Positions 37,007-46,857 are shown, counted from the first letter of the stretch. The stretch is 64,000 nt of DNA from Candidatus Levyibacteriota bacterium (GCA_052034235.1 JBPOIT010000008.1:79081-143080); one strand, 5' to 3'. Numbers and translations: made by a program. The notes: generated by a model from the letters alone, not told the origin.

Positions 37007-37852
37007 CTACTTCTTAAATTTTTCCCGAACCTCTTTACTTATTTTTTGATTAATCCGTTCAAAAGCCACTTCTCTTGAACCAGGTGTCAATAATTGGTCT
37101 GGAGTAAATAATTCCATGCTTACTGTTTCTCTATCATTTCTTCCATAGATAACGTGAAGGTTACCGTTGCGGTCAAAACCCATAAAAAATGCCACATTTT
37201 CAGTTGCAGTTTTACTGGCATTTTTCGGCGCAAGAAGAAGCGCTTTACCAGGTGCTTTATCTGATTGTTCACCTGGAGTAAGTGATTCATCGGCAAATTG
37301 TTCAGCATCAGACACTCTTCTACCTCTATTACCAGGAAATCTGCCCATGAGCTTTGTAGCACGTAATATCGCTTCATCAGTATCCAACACCCCAGTTCTT
37401 GCTAAATCTGCATGATCATGAATTTCACCATATAAGAGCGGAGAATCTGTACCAGCTGGGTGTCCCCAAAAAACATTTATTGTCGTAGCACGGTAGAAAA
37501 AGGTCATGCCTTCATCAATTGTAAAGGGTATCTGGATAAAATGACGTGGCTTGTAACGAATACCGTCTTCAGTTGATACTTGTTCAAAAATCATCGGCCG
37601 TTCAACGGAGAGAGGTTGACCTTGAAAGACATTTGCCCGTTTAGAGAGAGGAGGCATATGACCACTTGTTTCATTTCTCATATTTTCCTGAGAGATGTAT
37701 GCAAGAAATGCATCCAAAACACCTGCCTTCCCAACAGGCATCTCTGTTGAAAGTAAATTTGTCTGCTCAGTAAGAGGTGGTGGCAACTCTTCGAGGAAAT
37801 TTCTCTGTGGTTGACTATTTATTGTTCTTCTCCAACTTTCTATTAATCTCAT
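37007..37852 (-). CDS. hypothetical protein
   Basis: 281 aa ORF, no motif recognised. Confidence 0.4.
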   Translation of the reverse strand: MRLIESWRRTINSQPQRNFLEELPPPLTEQTNLLSTEMPVGKAGVLDAFLAYISQENMRNETSGHMPPLSKRANVFQGQPLSVERPMIFEQVSTEDGIRYKPRHFIQIPFTIDEGMTFFYRATTINVFWGHPAGTDSPLLYGEIHDHADLARTGVLDTDEAILRATKLMGRFPGNRGRRVSDAEQFADESLTPGEQSDKAPGKALLLAPKNASKTATENVAFFMGFDRNGNLHVIYGRNDRETVSMELFTPDQLLTPGSREVAFERINQKISKEVREKFKK

Positions 37853-37942
37853 ATTAATTTGTTATTATAGCATGCTGAGTCTCATTATCTTTTTGGCAAG
37901 GTTGAGAATATAGTAAATATTTTTAGGATATATGCTTGCAAA

Positions 37943-38968
37943 TTGAATGTATTTTTCTATAATGTCCCGATGGGTGGTAAAGAGCGTAAAGGACGAAAGA
38001 AGCATGTACAAGCAGGTTATCCAATAGAATCACTTGAGCTTACAAGTGTGTTTACAACAATAAGTGGAAGGCCACTAGATGAGGAATCTACTTTGCATTC
38101 AGCTGCAGCAGAGCGCACCAAATTTGTGTATGTCAGAAATGTTCACCCAGATTCAAGAGGTGCCTTTCCTGACTGGCCCATGAACAGTACTGCCATGCAA
38201 GAAGTTACGAGTAATAGAAAACGTATCAGTAACGACTTAGCGTGGCTCAATCAACAATACTACGGAAATGAAAAACCTCAGATGGTCACGACAAAGCAAG
38301 CACATGAGCTTGCAAGTATTGGAGTCTGGATGCCTGCATTTCTCGTATTCCGGGCAATTAATCCTGTTAGAATAAGAGAAATTCCCGATAATGTTGGTGA
38401 CTTATATAAAATTGCACAAGGTATACAAAGCGCAACAAAGGTTTTACAACAGGAGCAGGGAGATACGTATCCAGTTACACCGGAAGTAATCTATGAAATG
38501 GCTGACAGAATGCAACCAAATAAGCTTCCGCTCCTTGTAAACGAAACTGTAGAGCGAGTCTGTCCTGCATCAGAAAAAATCATCAGGGCTACGGCAGCTG
38601 TTCTTTTGGACGGAGCTGAAGGAAATCCTGCAGAAAGCGATTTGGGCGCATACATAAACGTCGAAGAATTTTCTAGACTGAAGGACTTTTCACTGGCAAG
38701 TACCATATATATCGCAAGCATTTTTGACTACTTCCACGAAATGGATCGTCGAAAAATCCTCTTAGCTGAAGGAGTTACGAAAGATAGTTTTGGTCAATTA
38801 GTCCGCGTAGATAGGAATAAAGTGGCAACTGAAATGAAAGCTCTCGATGACGAGTTTGTCCGGAGCAGAACCATATTGCAAAGAACTTTTAATACCTCAT
38901 TGGGGAGAAATCCATCAAACATCATGTCTGATGAAACGATTTTCGCAAAGCATGGACTTATACGCTAA
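37943..38968 (+). CDS. hypothetical protein
   Basis: 341 aa ORF, no motif recognised. Confidence 0.4.
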   Translation: MNVFFYNVPMGGKERKGRKKHVQAGYPIESLELTSVFTTISGRPLDEESTLHSAAAERTKFVYVRNVHPDSRGAFPDWPMNSTAMQEVTSNRKRISNDLAWLNQQYYGNEKPQMVTTKQAHELASIGVWMPAFLVFRAINPVRIREIPDNVGDLYKIAQGIQSATKVLQQEQGDTYPVTPEVIYEMADRMQPNKLPLLVNETVERVCPASEKIIRATAAVLLDGAEGNPAESDLGAYINVEEFSRLKDFSLASTIYIASIFDYFHEMDRRKILLAEGVTKDSFGQLVRVDRNKVATEMKALDDEFVRSRTILQRTFNTSLGRNPSNIMSDETIFAKHGLIR

Positions 38969-39005
38969 AGACAGAAATGGACAGTATGATATAATACTAT
39001 AAGAC

Positions 39006-40301
39006 ATGAGGCAGCTAGACAGAGAATCAGGAGCCGTATTACAAATATTTTTTGAAAATTATATGACTGATGCGGCAATTACTAGAGCTATTGATACTAC
39101 TCAGGGTAAGAATCCGTTAGTGAGAACGGCCAGATTTCTGCATGGTCTGCCCGCCCAAGGAATTGCAGACATTTCCAATGCCTTAATAAAAGGCATAGGT
39201 ACAGAATCAGCCTACTGGAACGTTAACAGAAGAGATGTAGCAAATGCATATTTAGAGATTGCCCCACTACAAAAAATTCCTGAGGATCGTTTAACAACAA
39301 TGTATACAGAAAGTATCGACGAGATTGCCCCAACAGCAGATCTTTGGGGAAGTCCTTTTTCATTAGTCACTACAGGAGAGGTACTTTCTCGTTTCATTGG
39401 AAGCAATCCTCATTCCAAAGCTGCAATAGAACACGCATGGGAGCAGGTTCAAACACGCATGGCTTCTCAAGAAAATTGGGAACCGTTTCAACAACAGATT
39501 GATGCAATGCTTGAAAGCTACGAAGAAACTTCTCTTTCAGTGGATGTACAAGAACATATTATATTCGAAAAACCCAGAAAAAAAAGCTTATTACAAACTG
39601 CACGAAGCAAAAAAAAGTATTTAACGATCCTGGCAACAAAACAATTACATTCTGAAGGAAAACGACCTGTGGACATCGCAAGGGCACTCGATGTGGCTGC
39701 ATCTAGTGTCACGAGTCATATGACCTTATTAGCGGAAGCCGATGAAATTACTCGAGCACGAAAAGGCGTTGAAGGAAACCCTGATGAGCGTGATGCTCGA
39801 AGAGCTGTTATCAAATCACTCGCCGCTAGTGGAAAAACTCCATTGGAAATTGCCGAAATAACACAGCTCTCAGAGACAAAAATCGAGGCGCATCTGTTTA
39901 TGTTAAGAATAGTACCAGAAGGTAGTAAACCAAGAGTACTGGTGGCTGAATCAGCATCGGGACCCATTAAAAGCAGACGTGAAGCATTAGTTCCTTTGGT
40001 AGGAGTAATAACAATCGAGGCGCTAGCGAAGCGATTTGGTTGCTCAGTAGGAACTATTTCAAACGATTATGATGCTCTTGAAGCTCAAGGCCTCATTACC
40101 AAACAGCAAAGACATGCATTGTCAACAAAGGGTAACAAAGCAGAAAGGATTATAGAATATGCCTTAGCAAACCCAAAGAAAAAAGGTGTTGAGATTGCTA
40201 AAGCACTTGGGGTATCACCAGGTCATGTATCTATCACACTGAAAAACCACTTCAAAAAAGACCCTCCCTCACCAGAACCTAACTATCTTCGATCAGACTA
40301 G
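39006..40301 (+). CDS. hypothetical protein with four tandem helix-turn-helix-like repeats in C-terminal half
   Basis: four segments of pattern (K/G)xxxxEIAxxLxxSxxxVxxHLxxL: RPVDIARALDVAASSVTSHMTLL, KTPLEIAEITQLSETKIEAHLFML, TIEALAKRFGCSVGTISNDYDAL, GVEIAKALGVSPGHVSITLKNH. Confidence 0.45.
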   Translation: MRQLDRESGAVLQIFFENYMTDAAITRAIDTTQGKNPLVRTARFLHGLPAQGIADISNALIKGIGTESAYWNVNRRDVANAYLEIAPLQKIPEDRLTTMYTESIDEIAPTADLWGSPFSLVTTGEVLSRFIGSNPHSKAAIEHAWEQVQTRMASQENWEPFQQQIDAMLESYEETSLSVDVQEHIIFEKPRKKSLLQTARSKKKYLTILATKQLHSEGKRPVDIARALDVAASSVTSHMTLLAEADEITRARKGVEGNPDERDARRAVIKSLAASGKTPLEIAEITQLSETKIEAHLFMLRIVPEGSKPRVLVAESASGPIKSRREALVPLVGVITIEALAKRFGCSVGTISNDYDALEAQGLITKQQRHALSTKGNKAERIIEYALANPKKKGVEIAKALGVSPGHVSITLKNHFKKDPPSPEPNYLRSD

Positions 40302-40363
40302 CATGCTCCTGAACAAAACTTTATTTTTGACAAGTAATTCTTTGTTACGTATAATCTCACGAT

Positions 40364-40903
40364 ATGATTGAGCAATCAGTTCCACTGCAAGAAAGGGTAC
40401 GATCCTTACAGGCAGCCGGTCATCCAAATGCATTAGAATTCGTTGCCGCAAAGAGAATCGCTGATGTAGCTCATGAAAGCACAAGCGGTAATTGGTGGGA
40501 AGACTGGCGAAGGCAAAGACCAAATCCATGGTATAGCCAAACTGAAGAAGGACTAATAGTAGTCAGAGGCCGTGGAGGAAAACAAGTCTTTGATACGTTG
40601 ATGACACCTTGGGGAGAATGGCACACAGTAGGCTCACGGTTAGGAATAATTTTTGACCAAGAAAGTTTTTTGAAAGAAGTCACACTCGAACCATTTGGAA
40701 CCCCACCACCAAGTGTCGTTAGCTTTTCAGCACACTTTGGAGAATATTATGGAGTGAAATCGGTAGGCGGACTGACACTCCCAAGAGCCTCCTTGAGAGA
40801 AAGACCGAATAACTATTTTCAAACTGGGGATTCATGGAAGGCGCTTCAAGACACGTATAATTCGGTAGTTCCCCCAAGAGAAGCCCCCCGAACAAGAAGA
40901 TAG
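40364..40903 (+). CDS. hypothetical protein
   Basis: 179 aa ORF, Trp-rich, no motif recognised. Confidence 0.4.
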   Translation: MIEQSVPLQERVRSLQAAGHPNALEFVAAKRIADVAHESTSGNWWEDWRRQRPNPWYSQTEEGLIVVRGRGGKQVFDTLMTPWGEWHTVGSRLGIIFDQESFLKEVTLEPFGTPPPSVVSFSAHFGEYYGVKSVGGLTLPRASLRERPNNYFQTGDSWKALQDTYNSVVPPREAPRTRR

Positions 40904-40960
40904 ATACTTTAATTATCTTATAGTTTGTAAATTTCCTCAATTTTTGATACAATCCCGTAT

Positions 40961-41458
40961 ATGAAAAAATCTAAATTGTTAAAGCGGGGGATTATTATAT
41001 TTTGTGCCCTTCTGATTACGGTATTCAGCTTTGGTTGGTTCACATTTCAAAAAGCCGAAGCCGGGATGCAGAACGTGGAATTATTGACAAATACTTTTTT
41101 GGCCAAGACTTCACGGGGTGAATATGAAAACACTTATAGTATGATGGCGGAAGTTGCTCGAAGAGAAATATCATATGGACAATTCAAGGATAGTCTTACC
41201 TATCCTAAAGGAATATTTACCGAGATAACTACCGTTAGAGTAACTAGCTACAGTTTTATGTATTATATCGGCCAAGGTATGACAATAAATTTTACAGGAT
41301 ATGTGGTCTATTCGGATGGTAACACAGGGGATTTAACAGCTACGTATATTGAAGAGAATGGGGAGTGGAAGATAACCTCCATGAGGATCTTTCCTAACAT
41401 AGACAGACTTAAAAAATTTAATACAAATCTAGACTACACTCCGGCTCAGCAAAATTAA
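40961..41458 (+). CDS. membrane-anchored/secreted hypothetical protein
   Basis: N-terminal signal/anchor MKKSKLLKRGIIIFCALLITVF; 165 aa. Confidence 0.45.
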   Translation: MKKSKLLKRGIIIFCALLITVFSFGWFTFQKAEAGMQNVELLTNTFLAKTSRGEYENTYSMMAEVARREISYGQFKDSLTYPKGIFTEITTVRVTSYSFMYYIGQGMTINFTGYVVYSDGNTGDLTATYIEENGEWKITSMRIFPNIDRLKKFNTNLDYTPAQQN

Positions 41459-41501
41459 GAAACATGATTAAATACCTGACGAACAAACCCACAGGTAACA
41501 A

Positions 41502-41810
41502 ATGTCCATGAATAAAATAAAAACATATCTCAAAGGGTTTTTTAAAGGTTTAGGCCTTTTACTTATTGTGTTTGTGATGGGGGCGATTCTTGAAATTTTG
41601 CATAAACCCAACGTTTCTCAGGAAATTTTACAACAATTTCTCGAAGGTATATTTTTTATTGCATTCACAGCTTACTTCGTTAGAAAACATAACCAATCTG
41701 AAACATGGATACTTTGTTCTTTGTTCTCATTACCGTTCCTTTTTGGTGCTATTGAATATCAAAAACATTTTTCAGAAACCCATCTTGAGGGTGAAAAACA
41801 AAAAAAGTAG
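41502..41810 (+). CDS. small membrane protein
   Basis: 102 aa, 3 predicted hydrophobic helices. Confidence 0.4.
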   Translation: MSMNKIKTYLKGFFKGLGLLLIVFVMGAILEILHKPNVSQEILQQFLEGIFFIAFTAYFVRKHNQSETWILCSLFSLPFLFGAIEYQKHFSETHLEGEKQKK

Positions 41811-41866
41811 CATCCATAAGACATCTCACGCTATAAACCTCTCCCAATCCCGCCGTAGAAAATAGA

Positions 41867-42337
41867 TCAGGTTCGTATACCATTTCTTAATCTCTCGAGC
41901 ACATGGTCTGTTGCTGATCTGATTACCTCAACTGCCTGGTTACCGGCACTCGCATTATTTAATGGATCATTTTCATGAGTTATGTATGCTCCTCCAGATA
42001 CGTTTCTTGCAGCAGATTGGATTAGCCTACGAGGGCAAACAGTGTAACCATAATTAGAAACTTCAATGCCATTACCTTGTAATGTTGGTATATCCCGTTG
42101 AGGGATAATACCACCTTTATAGTGTTCACTTAAACGAGAAACTATTGCACCACAATAACTGGGTCCGGGACATGGTTCACAAAGTCGATTTTGAACTTCT
42201 TCGGTATCACCACCATTAATAAATGCGACATTTTTCGAAACTGCATACCGTTGCCCTGCATCATTTACTTTCGCCTGAGCAAATAGTCCTACTTCCGTCT
42301 GTCCTCCAAGGCGATATATCTCACTACTCATATGCAC
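41867..42337 (-). CDS. hypothetical protein (possible Cys/His peptidase-like)
   Basis: 156 aa; conserved-looking Cys (YCGAIV) and His (GAYITHEND) spaced ~68 aa, loosely CHAP-like; weak. Confidence 0.3.
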   Translation of the reverse strand: MHMSSEIYRLGGQTEVGLFAQAKVNDAGQRYAVSKNVAFINGGDTEEVQNRLCEPCPGPSYCGAIVSRLSEHYKGGIIPQRDIPTLQGNGIEVSNYGYTVCPRRLIQSAARNVSGGAYITHENDPLNNASAGNQAVEVIRSATDHVLERLRNGIRT

Positions 42338-42389
42338 ATATTATATCCCATAGTATATATGCTGTCAACTCAAAACAACTTCAGGTAGC

Positions 42390-43178
42390 GTGGTTAACAA
42401 ATACTATGCAGAAGCGGATGCATTCATAGTGTTTGTATTCTATACTTGTCTTGTGAAAGAAAAACTTCAAAAGCTAATGCATCAAAACGTATCTTCATTT
42501 ATTATTGCACCGTTTACAAAAAATGAAGCTATTATTGTCCAACTTCTCTTCACCTATGCTTTTTTTGAATACATTTTATATGGAGGTTTAAAAGAATTTC
42601 ATATCGCTGACAAATTGGGTCCCACTGTTTTATATCTTCTTGAACCGTCTTCATTGATTGCCATGACAATCGCACTCTATTATTTACTTTTTCTCGTATT
42701 TGTAGCTGCAGGTATGTATAACCCTCAGAAAGAAATAAAAAAAATTATTCCACTCACTATGGTCGGTATCGTCTCATTGCTCTCAATTATGTACGCAAGC
42801 GATAGTGTCAGAATAGCCGCTCCCAAAGATTTCTATGATAGCGTACTTTATTGTGTCGGACTAATAACACTGTTAGTATCTGCGGTGAGACTGATAGTAA
42901 TCATGAGCACGTTGGGAAAACGGTATGATAGTTGGGGGAAGCTTGACGATAATGAAATAGTCAGTAAAATGCAAATTTCGTTTATGAGCTTTCCAAAATA
43001 TATAGTACTAGCGCTTTGTTCAGTTACGCTTTATTTTCTTTTACATCCACCATTTGCTCATTCACTTTCAAAACAGCTACCGCTTCTCCTTCCAACATTT
43101 TTACAATCATACTTTTACATGATGATTGTATTAAGCCTCTACGAAAAACTCACAATCAGAAAACTTACTACCAAGTAA
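42390..43178 (+). CDS. polytopic membrane protein
   Basis: 262 aa with ~6 hydrophobic helices. Confidence 0.45.
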   Translation: MVNKYYAEADAFIVFVFYTCLVKEKLQKLMHQNVSSFIIAPFTKNEAIIVQLLFTYAFFEYILYGGLKEFHIADKLGPTVLYLLEPSSLIAMTIALYYLLFLVFVAAGMYNPQKEIKKIIPLTMVGIVSLLSIMYASDSVRIAAPKDFYDSVLYCVGLITLLVSAVRLIVIMSTLGKRYDSWGKLDDNEIVSKMQISFMSFPKYIVLALCSVTLYFLLHPPFAHSLSKQLPLLLPTFLQSYFYMMIVLSLYEKLTIRKLTTK

Positions 43179-43326
43179 GATGGGCAGAACTAACGTTCGT
43201 GTAATGGTGTTCTTTCAGGTGGTAAAAGTGGCTAAAAAACTAATTCCCCTACGTACAAGCCCAAACCATGCAGAGTGTGGCGATTACACTTTCTTTCCAT
43301 ACGGTGCTGGTGTATAATGCCTCACA

Positions 43327-43845
43327 ATGTCAACGTGTGAACAAAGAGGATTACAACCTGGAGAATTTGCTACAGCAGTGACAGCACATGTTGTCGGTGA
43401 ACATGGCACCAGCGGTGTATCATTAGCCCCAGATGCTTCTTGGGTAAGTGCCTCGCTCAACGAGGGACCTACCGCTCCTGTGGTTTACCACGCTACTGTG
43501 TATGAGGTAACAGAAGTTACTCAATATGGTGGTATGAGAGGGAGAATCGTTGCAACAACAGAACCTCCAACAGAATTGAACCAACCCGGTACCGTCAGTA
43601 CGATTCATTCGGGATTTAACGGTTATATGGGCGGCAGAAGAAATCCCACAGACGCAGCTCTTCGCGAAGCCGGAGTAACCATAACTACGCAACCTGAGGG
43701 AGCAACAGGTAGAGATATTCAAAGAGTCCAAGTAGAAAATCCTTGGAAAACAGTTGGCCAATACGCAAATAACGCCATCCTGCTAGACGTCGTCACTCCC
43801 CCAAGTCATTTCATTACACGACCGAGAAGAGTTGCACAACGATAA
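43327..43845 (+). CDS. hypothetical protein (GC-richer than neighbours)
   Basis: 172 aa ORF; TATAAT at 43313-43318 only ~9 nt before ATG. Confidence 0.4.
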   Translation: MSTCEQRGLQPGEFATAVTAHVVGEHGTSGVSLAPDASWVSASLNEGPTAPVVYHATVYEVTEVTQYGGMRGRIVATTEPPTELNQPGTVSTIHSGFNGYMGGRRNPTDAALREAGVTITTQPEGATGRDIQRVQVENPWKTVGQYANNAILLDVVTPPSHFITRPRRVAQR

Positions 43846-43954
43846 CCCTGTGATTTGTGATTACCACGCTCCAGGTAGAAATTAAACTAACAACCATTCT
43901 CTTTTGCATCCCATAATATTGACATCCTGAGTCTCCAGCTTTATACTTCCGTTT

Positions 43955-44548
43955 ATGACTGAAATTGATCGCAGAGGTTTTCTTAGATTAGCAATAGCCG
44001 CTGGCACAGGAGCAGCAGGTGCTGTGGTAAATACGACCTTGGGAGCCGGAGAAATAGCTGTTGGAAAAGAATTAGGTATTTCTGTCGGAAATGCTTCTTT
44101 TGATAATCAAGAAAAAAAAGCCTGTGGAAATAATCCGAATCCAAAAGCCTGTAGAGAGGAGTTAATTAATGATCCACAGCTGGAAACTGAACTCTTATTT
44201 AATGCACCACTTATAGAAGAAATTATATTTCGAGGTGTCCCTTCAATGGCATTAAGCGCATACGAAAACAGAGGTAACGAAGAAGCCCCTCATCCAATTG
44301 AAGCATTTGTAAATGGATCCGGAGGATTACGCATGAATAGACGTGAAGCTATCGTAGGAGGAGTAACAGCTGCCGCTTTTGGACTTGCACATAATATAAC
44401 TGAGAAGGGGATAGACACAAAACATGTCCCCGCACCACAATTTACTGCTGGCCTCACAAATTGGTATCTCCAAAGAAAATTTGGCTTTTTCTCCAATTTT
44501 CTTAGTCACATCGGAGCAAATTATTTAGCAAAACGACAATATAAGTAG
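43955..44548 (+). CDS. CPBP (CAAX protease / Abi) family intramembrane metalloprotease-like protein with Tat-like signal
   Basis: N-terminal DRRGFLRLAIAAG twin-arginine motif; EEIIFRG (CPBP motif 1 EExxxR) and FGLAHN (motif FxxxH); 197 aa. Confidence 0.45.
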   Translation: MTEIDRRGFLRLAIAAGTGAAGAVVNTTLGAGEIAVGKELGISVGNASFDNQEKKACGNNPNPKACREELINDPQLETELLFNAPLIEEIIFRGVPSMALSAYENRGNEEAPHPIEAFVNGSGGLRMNRREAIVGGVTAAAFGLAHNITEKGIDTKHVPAPQFTAGLTNWYLQRKFGFFSNFLSHIGANYLAKRQYK

Positions 44549-44576
44549 AAACCTACAGCCTCAAACCGCGCGGAGC

Positions 44577-44960
44577 GTGGCGGTTACAGAACTCTGTTAC
44601 AATATTTTAATGAGCGTTGATACTGTTTATTACCTCATGGGTTGTTTTACTACTATCCTTTTTGGGCTTTATCTTGTAGTTGATTATAAAGATTTTGGCG
44701 AAAAGTTAATCCGTACTCAGAAGGAGAAGTTGAAAAGTGAACCCAAAGTAACAGTGGGTACCATGCAAAAGATAACTCTCCTAACAGGAATTGGTTGTAC
44801 AATCTTTGGCATCTATGAAGTAACGCAGTATAACAGCTTCGTTCGGGACCTTTCCTTTCCTAACGCTTTTATACCTTACGGCATTGCCATTTACATAGGT
44901 TTCACCATTATATTCACCTTCAAACTCATCATAAGCATTAGAAAACACTTAAAGAAATAA
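44577..44960 (+). CDS. small membrane protein
   Basis: 127 aa, 3-4 hydrophobic helices; real start may be ATG ~44610 (MSVDTVYYL). Confidence 0.4.
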   Translation: MAVTELCYNILMSVDTVYYLMGCFTTILFGLYLVVDYKDFGEKLIRTQKEKLKSEPKVTVGTMQKITLLTGIGCTIFGIYEVTQYNSFVRDLSFPNAFIPYGIAIYIGFTIIFTFKLIISIRKHLKK

Positions 44961-45300
44961 TCACCTTCCTACTGAAAGGCTTACGTCAAAAGGTTCAGGC
45001 TTGTTCCACCTGAAGTTTGGTGGTTATTCACTATTTTAAAGCATTAATCATATTTGCGACCCAGCCATTAATAAGATCACAAGCAAAATACAACAGTGTT
45101 GCCTTCTGGAATAAACTCAACTTATTAAATACTTTGATCATAGCCTCATCATACGTCCAATCACCTAGTTATATGGTTATGACAGTTTTGTCTAATAAGC
45201 ACCTTCAAGTCAGTCACTCATTAAATGTTACATATATATTTTGCTAGCGAAAAACGTTTAGATAATTTCTCAACAATAACACCAAACCCGTTTTCCCAAC

Positions 45301-45331
45301 AAAAAAGCCACCCTAACAGCTTATGGGTGGC
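45301..45331 (-). terminator. minus-strand intrinsic terminator (gccaccc-11nt loop-gggtggc followed by U6 on minus strand) in a ~600-bp ORF-poor AT-rich spacer
   Basis: 7-bp GC-rich stem with A6 on plus strand = U-run on minus strand; lies ~240 nt downstream of the minus-strand gene ending at 45577. Confidence 0.45.
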
Positions 45332-45576
45332 CTCGGTAGATTCCTTAAGGCTAATTCTCTGAAAAATGTTTATGTACTATACATAAAGTTTTTCAACCAG
45401 ACAATAAAACTTAGTTTCCCCAAGTTAATTGACTTCTTGCATAAATTAGCAGATCAAAAGTATTTTGTAAAGAGTATATATATGGATCATACTGTACTAA
45501 AAATTGACCGCCAAACAGAGATGGAATTATAGTTGTATTAAAAAATAAGGAGTATGTTACACCTGAAGCGTGGGGG

Positions 45577-46626
45577 TTAGGTAATCATTTTAACTTTCTT
45601 GAAAACTCTAACAATTCCACCTTGATGACCTCGATAGTCATATTGAGATCGTAATTCAGCAATTAATTCAACGGGCAATTGTGCGTTAATTGCATCAGTC
45701 ACTTGAGCACCAAATTCTTTTTCCTTATTCGAAAAAGAAACAAAAAGAATTTGTGACTTTTTGAAATGTTCTTTAGCACGATTTACGTAGGCTTTAACAT
45801 CTCCCTTGTGTGCTTTCATTGGCATAGCTACTAATAACATACTATAAGTAATACCAGTAGAATTAAAATGCCATTTGAAATCATCTTCCATGCCGATGTT
45901 TTCAATAAAATTCAATAAATGATCTAAAATTTGGCTAAATTCACTTCCTAAATCGGTTTTTTTAAACCTCTGATTATCAGCACATAATTCCAGGGCTCTT
46001 ATCGCAATACTAAAAAAGAATCCTTTTTTATAAATCTGTTCAATTTTTTCATAATAGTTGGAAAGAGACTTATATTTTCTTGATTCAGGTAAATAATATT
46101 TATCATGAAATCTAGTAACTAAACGTTCATGAGAACTAATTATTACACTGGTTGTAAAATAAATTATTGCTTTCTTCTGAACTTCCTGAATTAAATATTT
46201 TGATTTTGGCAATAATACCGATTCTAAAAAAGGTTCAGTTACATTTAAAAAATTATCTTCTTGATTATCTAAAGGTCTTATCCTTACAAAAACTTTATTT
46301 TCTCTAATAAAAACCTCTTTTGTGGAATTCTTAACCCATTGTATCTCTAGAGGTTTTATATCTGAGCTTGGCAATTCATCTTTAATTGATCTGATAGCAA
46401 AATTGAATTTACCCTGAATGTCATTCTTAATAGCAGCTTTTTGAAGTAATACAAATTTAAATTGTTGAGCGAAAGGGATTAACACTTTAGCTTTTAATAA
46501 AGAATATATTGGCAAATTTTTAATGAAATGATTTGCTAATAATAAAAATACTACTACAAAGAATAACACGTAACCAATTAAAGGATGACTTTCAAGTAAT
46601 TTTATAAACGTCTCCGGATCTTGCAT
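45577..46626 (-). CDS. hypothetical membrane-anchored protein (AT-rich gene)
   Basis: 349 aa; N-terminal TM helix LIGYVLFFVVVFLLLANHFI; Lys/Asn/Phe-rich, low GC. Confidence 0.45.
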   Translation of the reverse strand: MQDPETFIKLLESHPLIGYVLFFVVVFLLLANHFIKNLPIYSLLKAKVLIPFAQQFKFVLLQKAAIKNDIQGKFNFAIRSIKDELPSSDIKPLEIQWVKNSTKEVFIRENKVFVRIRPLDNQEDNFLNVTEPFLESVLLPKSKYLIQEVQKKAIIYFTTSVIISSHERLVTRFHDKYYLPESRKYKSLSNYYEKIEQIYKKGFFFSIAIRALELCADNQRFKKTDLGSEFSQILDHLLNFIENIGMEDDFKWHFNSTGITYSMLLVAMPMKAHKGDVKAYVNRAKEHFKKSQILFVSFSNKEKEFGAQVTDAINAQLPVELIAELRSQYDYRGHQGGIVRVFKKVKMIT

Positions 46627-46635
46627 ATCTTATAG

Positions 46636-46857
46636 TCATTTAATAAATTCAGAACTACGAGTTATACACTGACTTCCATTACAGCTAACAACAATTCTAT
46701 TACTTCTTGTAAAAATATATTGTAAATTGTCTCTCGATATAATATCTCCACAAAAAGTACATTTAAGTGCACTTGCGTTAAATTTCTCTATTAGTTCTAA
46801 GTCTTCAAGAACTTGAGAAAGGTCCGATTCAAAAACAGCTTCAATTTTTTTATTCAT
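46636..46857 (-). CDS. small Cys-rich (zinc-ribbon-like) protein
   Basis: 73 aa; CTFCGD ... SCNGSQC (CxxC...CxxxxC). Confidence 0.35.
   Translation of the reverse strand: MNKKIEAVFESDLSQVLEDLELIEKFNASALKCTFCGDIISRDNLQYIFTRSNRIVVSCNGSQCITRSSEFIK

Noticed and set aside
37007-37852. Attempt to assign families to ORFan proteins 37007-38968 and 40364-41458
   Set aside because: No catalytic or structural motifs recognisable by eye; left as hypothetical rather than guessing
43423-43761. 112-aa minus-strand ORF
   Set aside because: Fully antisense to the 172-aa plus-strand ORF 43327-43845 which has a promoter; kept the plus-strand gene
45017-45532. Two ORFs of 76 and 69 aa in the AT-rich spacer
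   Set aside because: AT-rich low-complexity translations, no SD, no motifs; region better explained as non-coding
44985-45575. Similar cacctgaag...tgg(g)gg sequences flanking the spacer as inverted/direct repeats of a mobile element
   Set aside because: Only ~15 nt, imperfect, no transposase; more likely coincidental or simple terminator-like hairpins
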